NCBI GenBank assembly: GCA_002104905.1
Contig: MCFE01000387.1
Location: forward strand, 19,321-83,320
Reading direction: 5' to 3'
Origin: Basidiobolus meristosporus CBS 931.73
Lineage: Eukaryota; Fungi; Basidiobolomycota
Length of the DNA stretch: 64,000 bases
The notes below the pieces were generated by a model, which saw only the letters and a program-made list of their open reading frames with translations, had not been told where the DNA came from and searched no databases. The translations under genes and the position numbers were made by a program. Shown here piece after piece: positions 63,404 to 64,000 of this stretch (position 1 is its first letter; every line of letters starts with the position of its first letter).

Positions 63404-64000
63404 GTTGATGGCTCGATAAGGATCTGTTCTCAAATCAGAAGAGATTGATGCACTTTGACGCTATCGTCAAGTATTTTATACTTGTCGGATTCCTACTGTC
63501 AGTAGGTAAAGAGCTAAGCCACAAAAGCATGGCCAGGAGGTCTAAGATGATTAGTGATGTGGGGGATATGTTGCAATTTTGGTTCAATCGTTCAACTGTG
63601 CACTGAGAAACCCAACCCGACCATTCAATTATACGGTTGGCATGACGTATTCAAAAAATGGGAAGATTCGAGGAGCCTGTACGATAACGAAACCTGCACT
63701 CCATGCTTTCCTCATAACGTTGTTGATCTTACCATCAAGTGCCTATCCTCATTCAGATACCTCACAGATACATGTTCTACCATGTTCTCTCTTCTAAATC
63801 TCCCGGTGGCTTAGGAGGCTGATTGAAACTTGCAAGTCGATGCATGTCACTTACTCTCTTACGGTGTTGTTGATTGTGGCCAGATAAAAATCATGATTGT
63901 TAAGCTAAGCCACTTGGATTGTGTAGTCTCGTGTATGCTTGTTTTCCACTGAACAAATCCAGTGAAAATATACAGCAGCCGATTACCGAAAGCCGAACTC

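Noticed and set aside
55686-63433. Shadow ORFs over the array, and upstream GTG/TTG-type extensions such as MKAYQFHTL...
   Set aside because: Same repeat artefact. The extensions start at non-ATG codons overlapping the TATA/5'UTR region and are not signal peptides.

Overview
Gene-dense, intron-rich eukaryotic DNA: short GT-AG introns with CTRAY-type branch points. Gene content points to a fungus, probably an early-diverging lineage (Zoopagomycota/Mucoromycota-like; this is inference). The left ~40 kb holds mostly conserved housekeeping genes reconstructed across introns: a PHD-finger protein, HEM13, a PHO80/Pcl-type cyclin, GIT1, a DUF262 protein, APT1, WDR59/MTC5, RPB11, a DNAJB6-like J protein, ILV3, calmodulin, EGD1, an ArfGAP, DUF3605, LMW-PTP, a PIN-like transporter, RPS3 and a dual-specificity phosphatase. 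The right part is accessory-like: a pair of orphan 89-aa genes, GH16, a SAM methyltransferase, and a duplicated NiCoT. The most striking system is a family of intronless, signal-peptide-free, nearly Lys-free tandem-repeat proteins (unit ~YGRG[FL]GRQYED[DE]E..EYPR[SN]RR). One solo copy lies at 34 kb and a birth-and-death array at 55-63.4 kb. The copies with an intact 5' end carry the motif C(T/C)AAGCCAC (Crz1-like) just upstream of a TATA box. RPS3 intron 1 contains a clear box C/D snoRNA. All coordinates and splice models were read by eye; no database searches were run.
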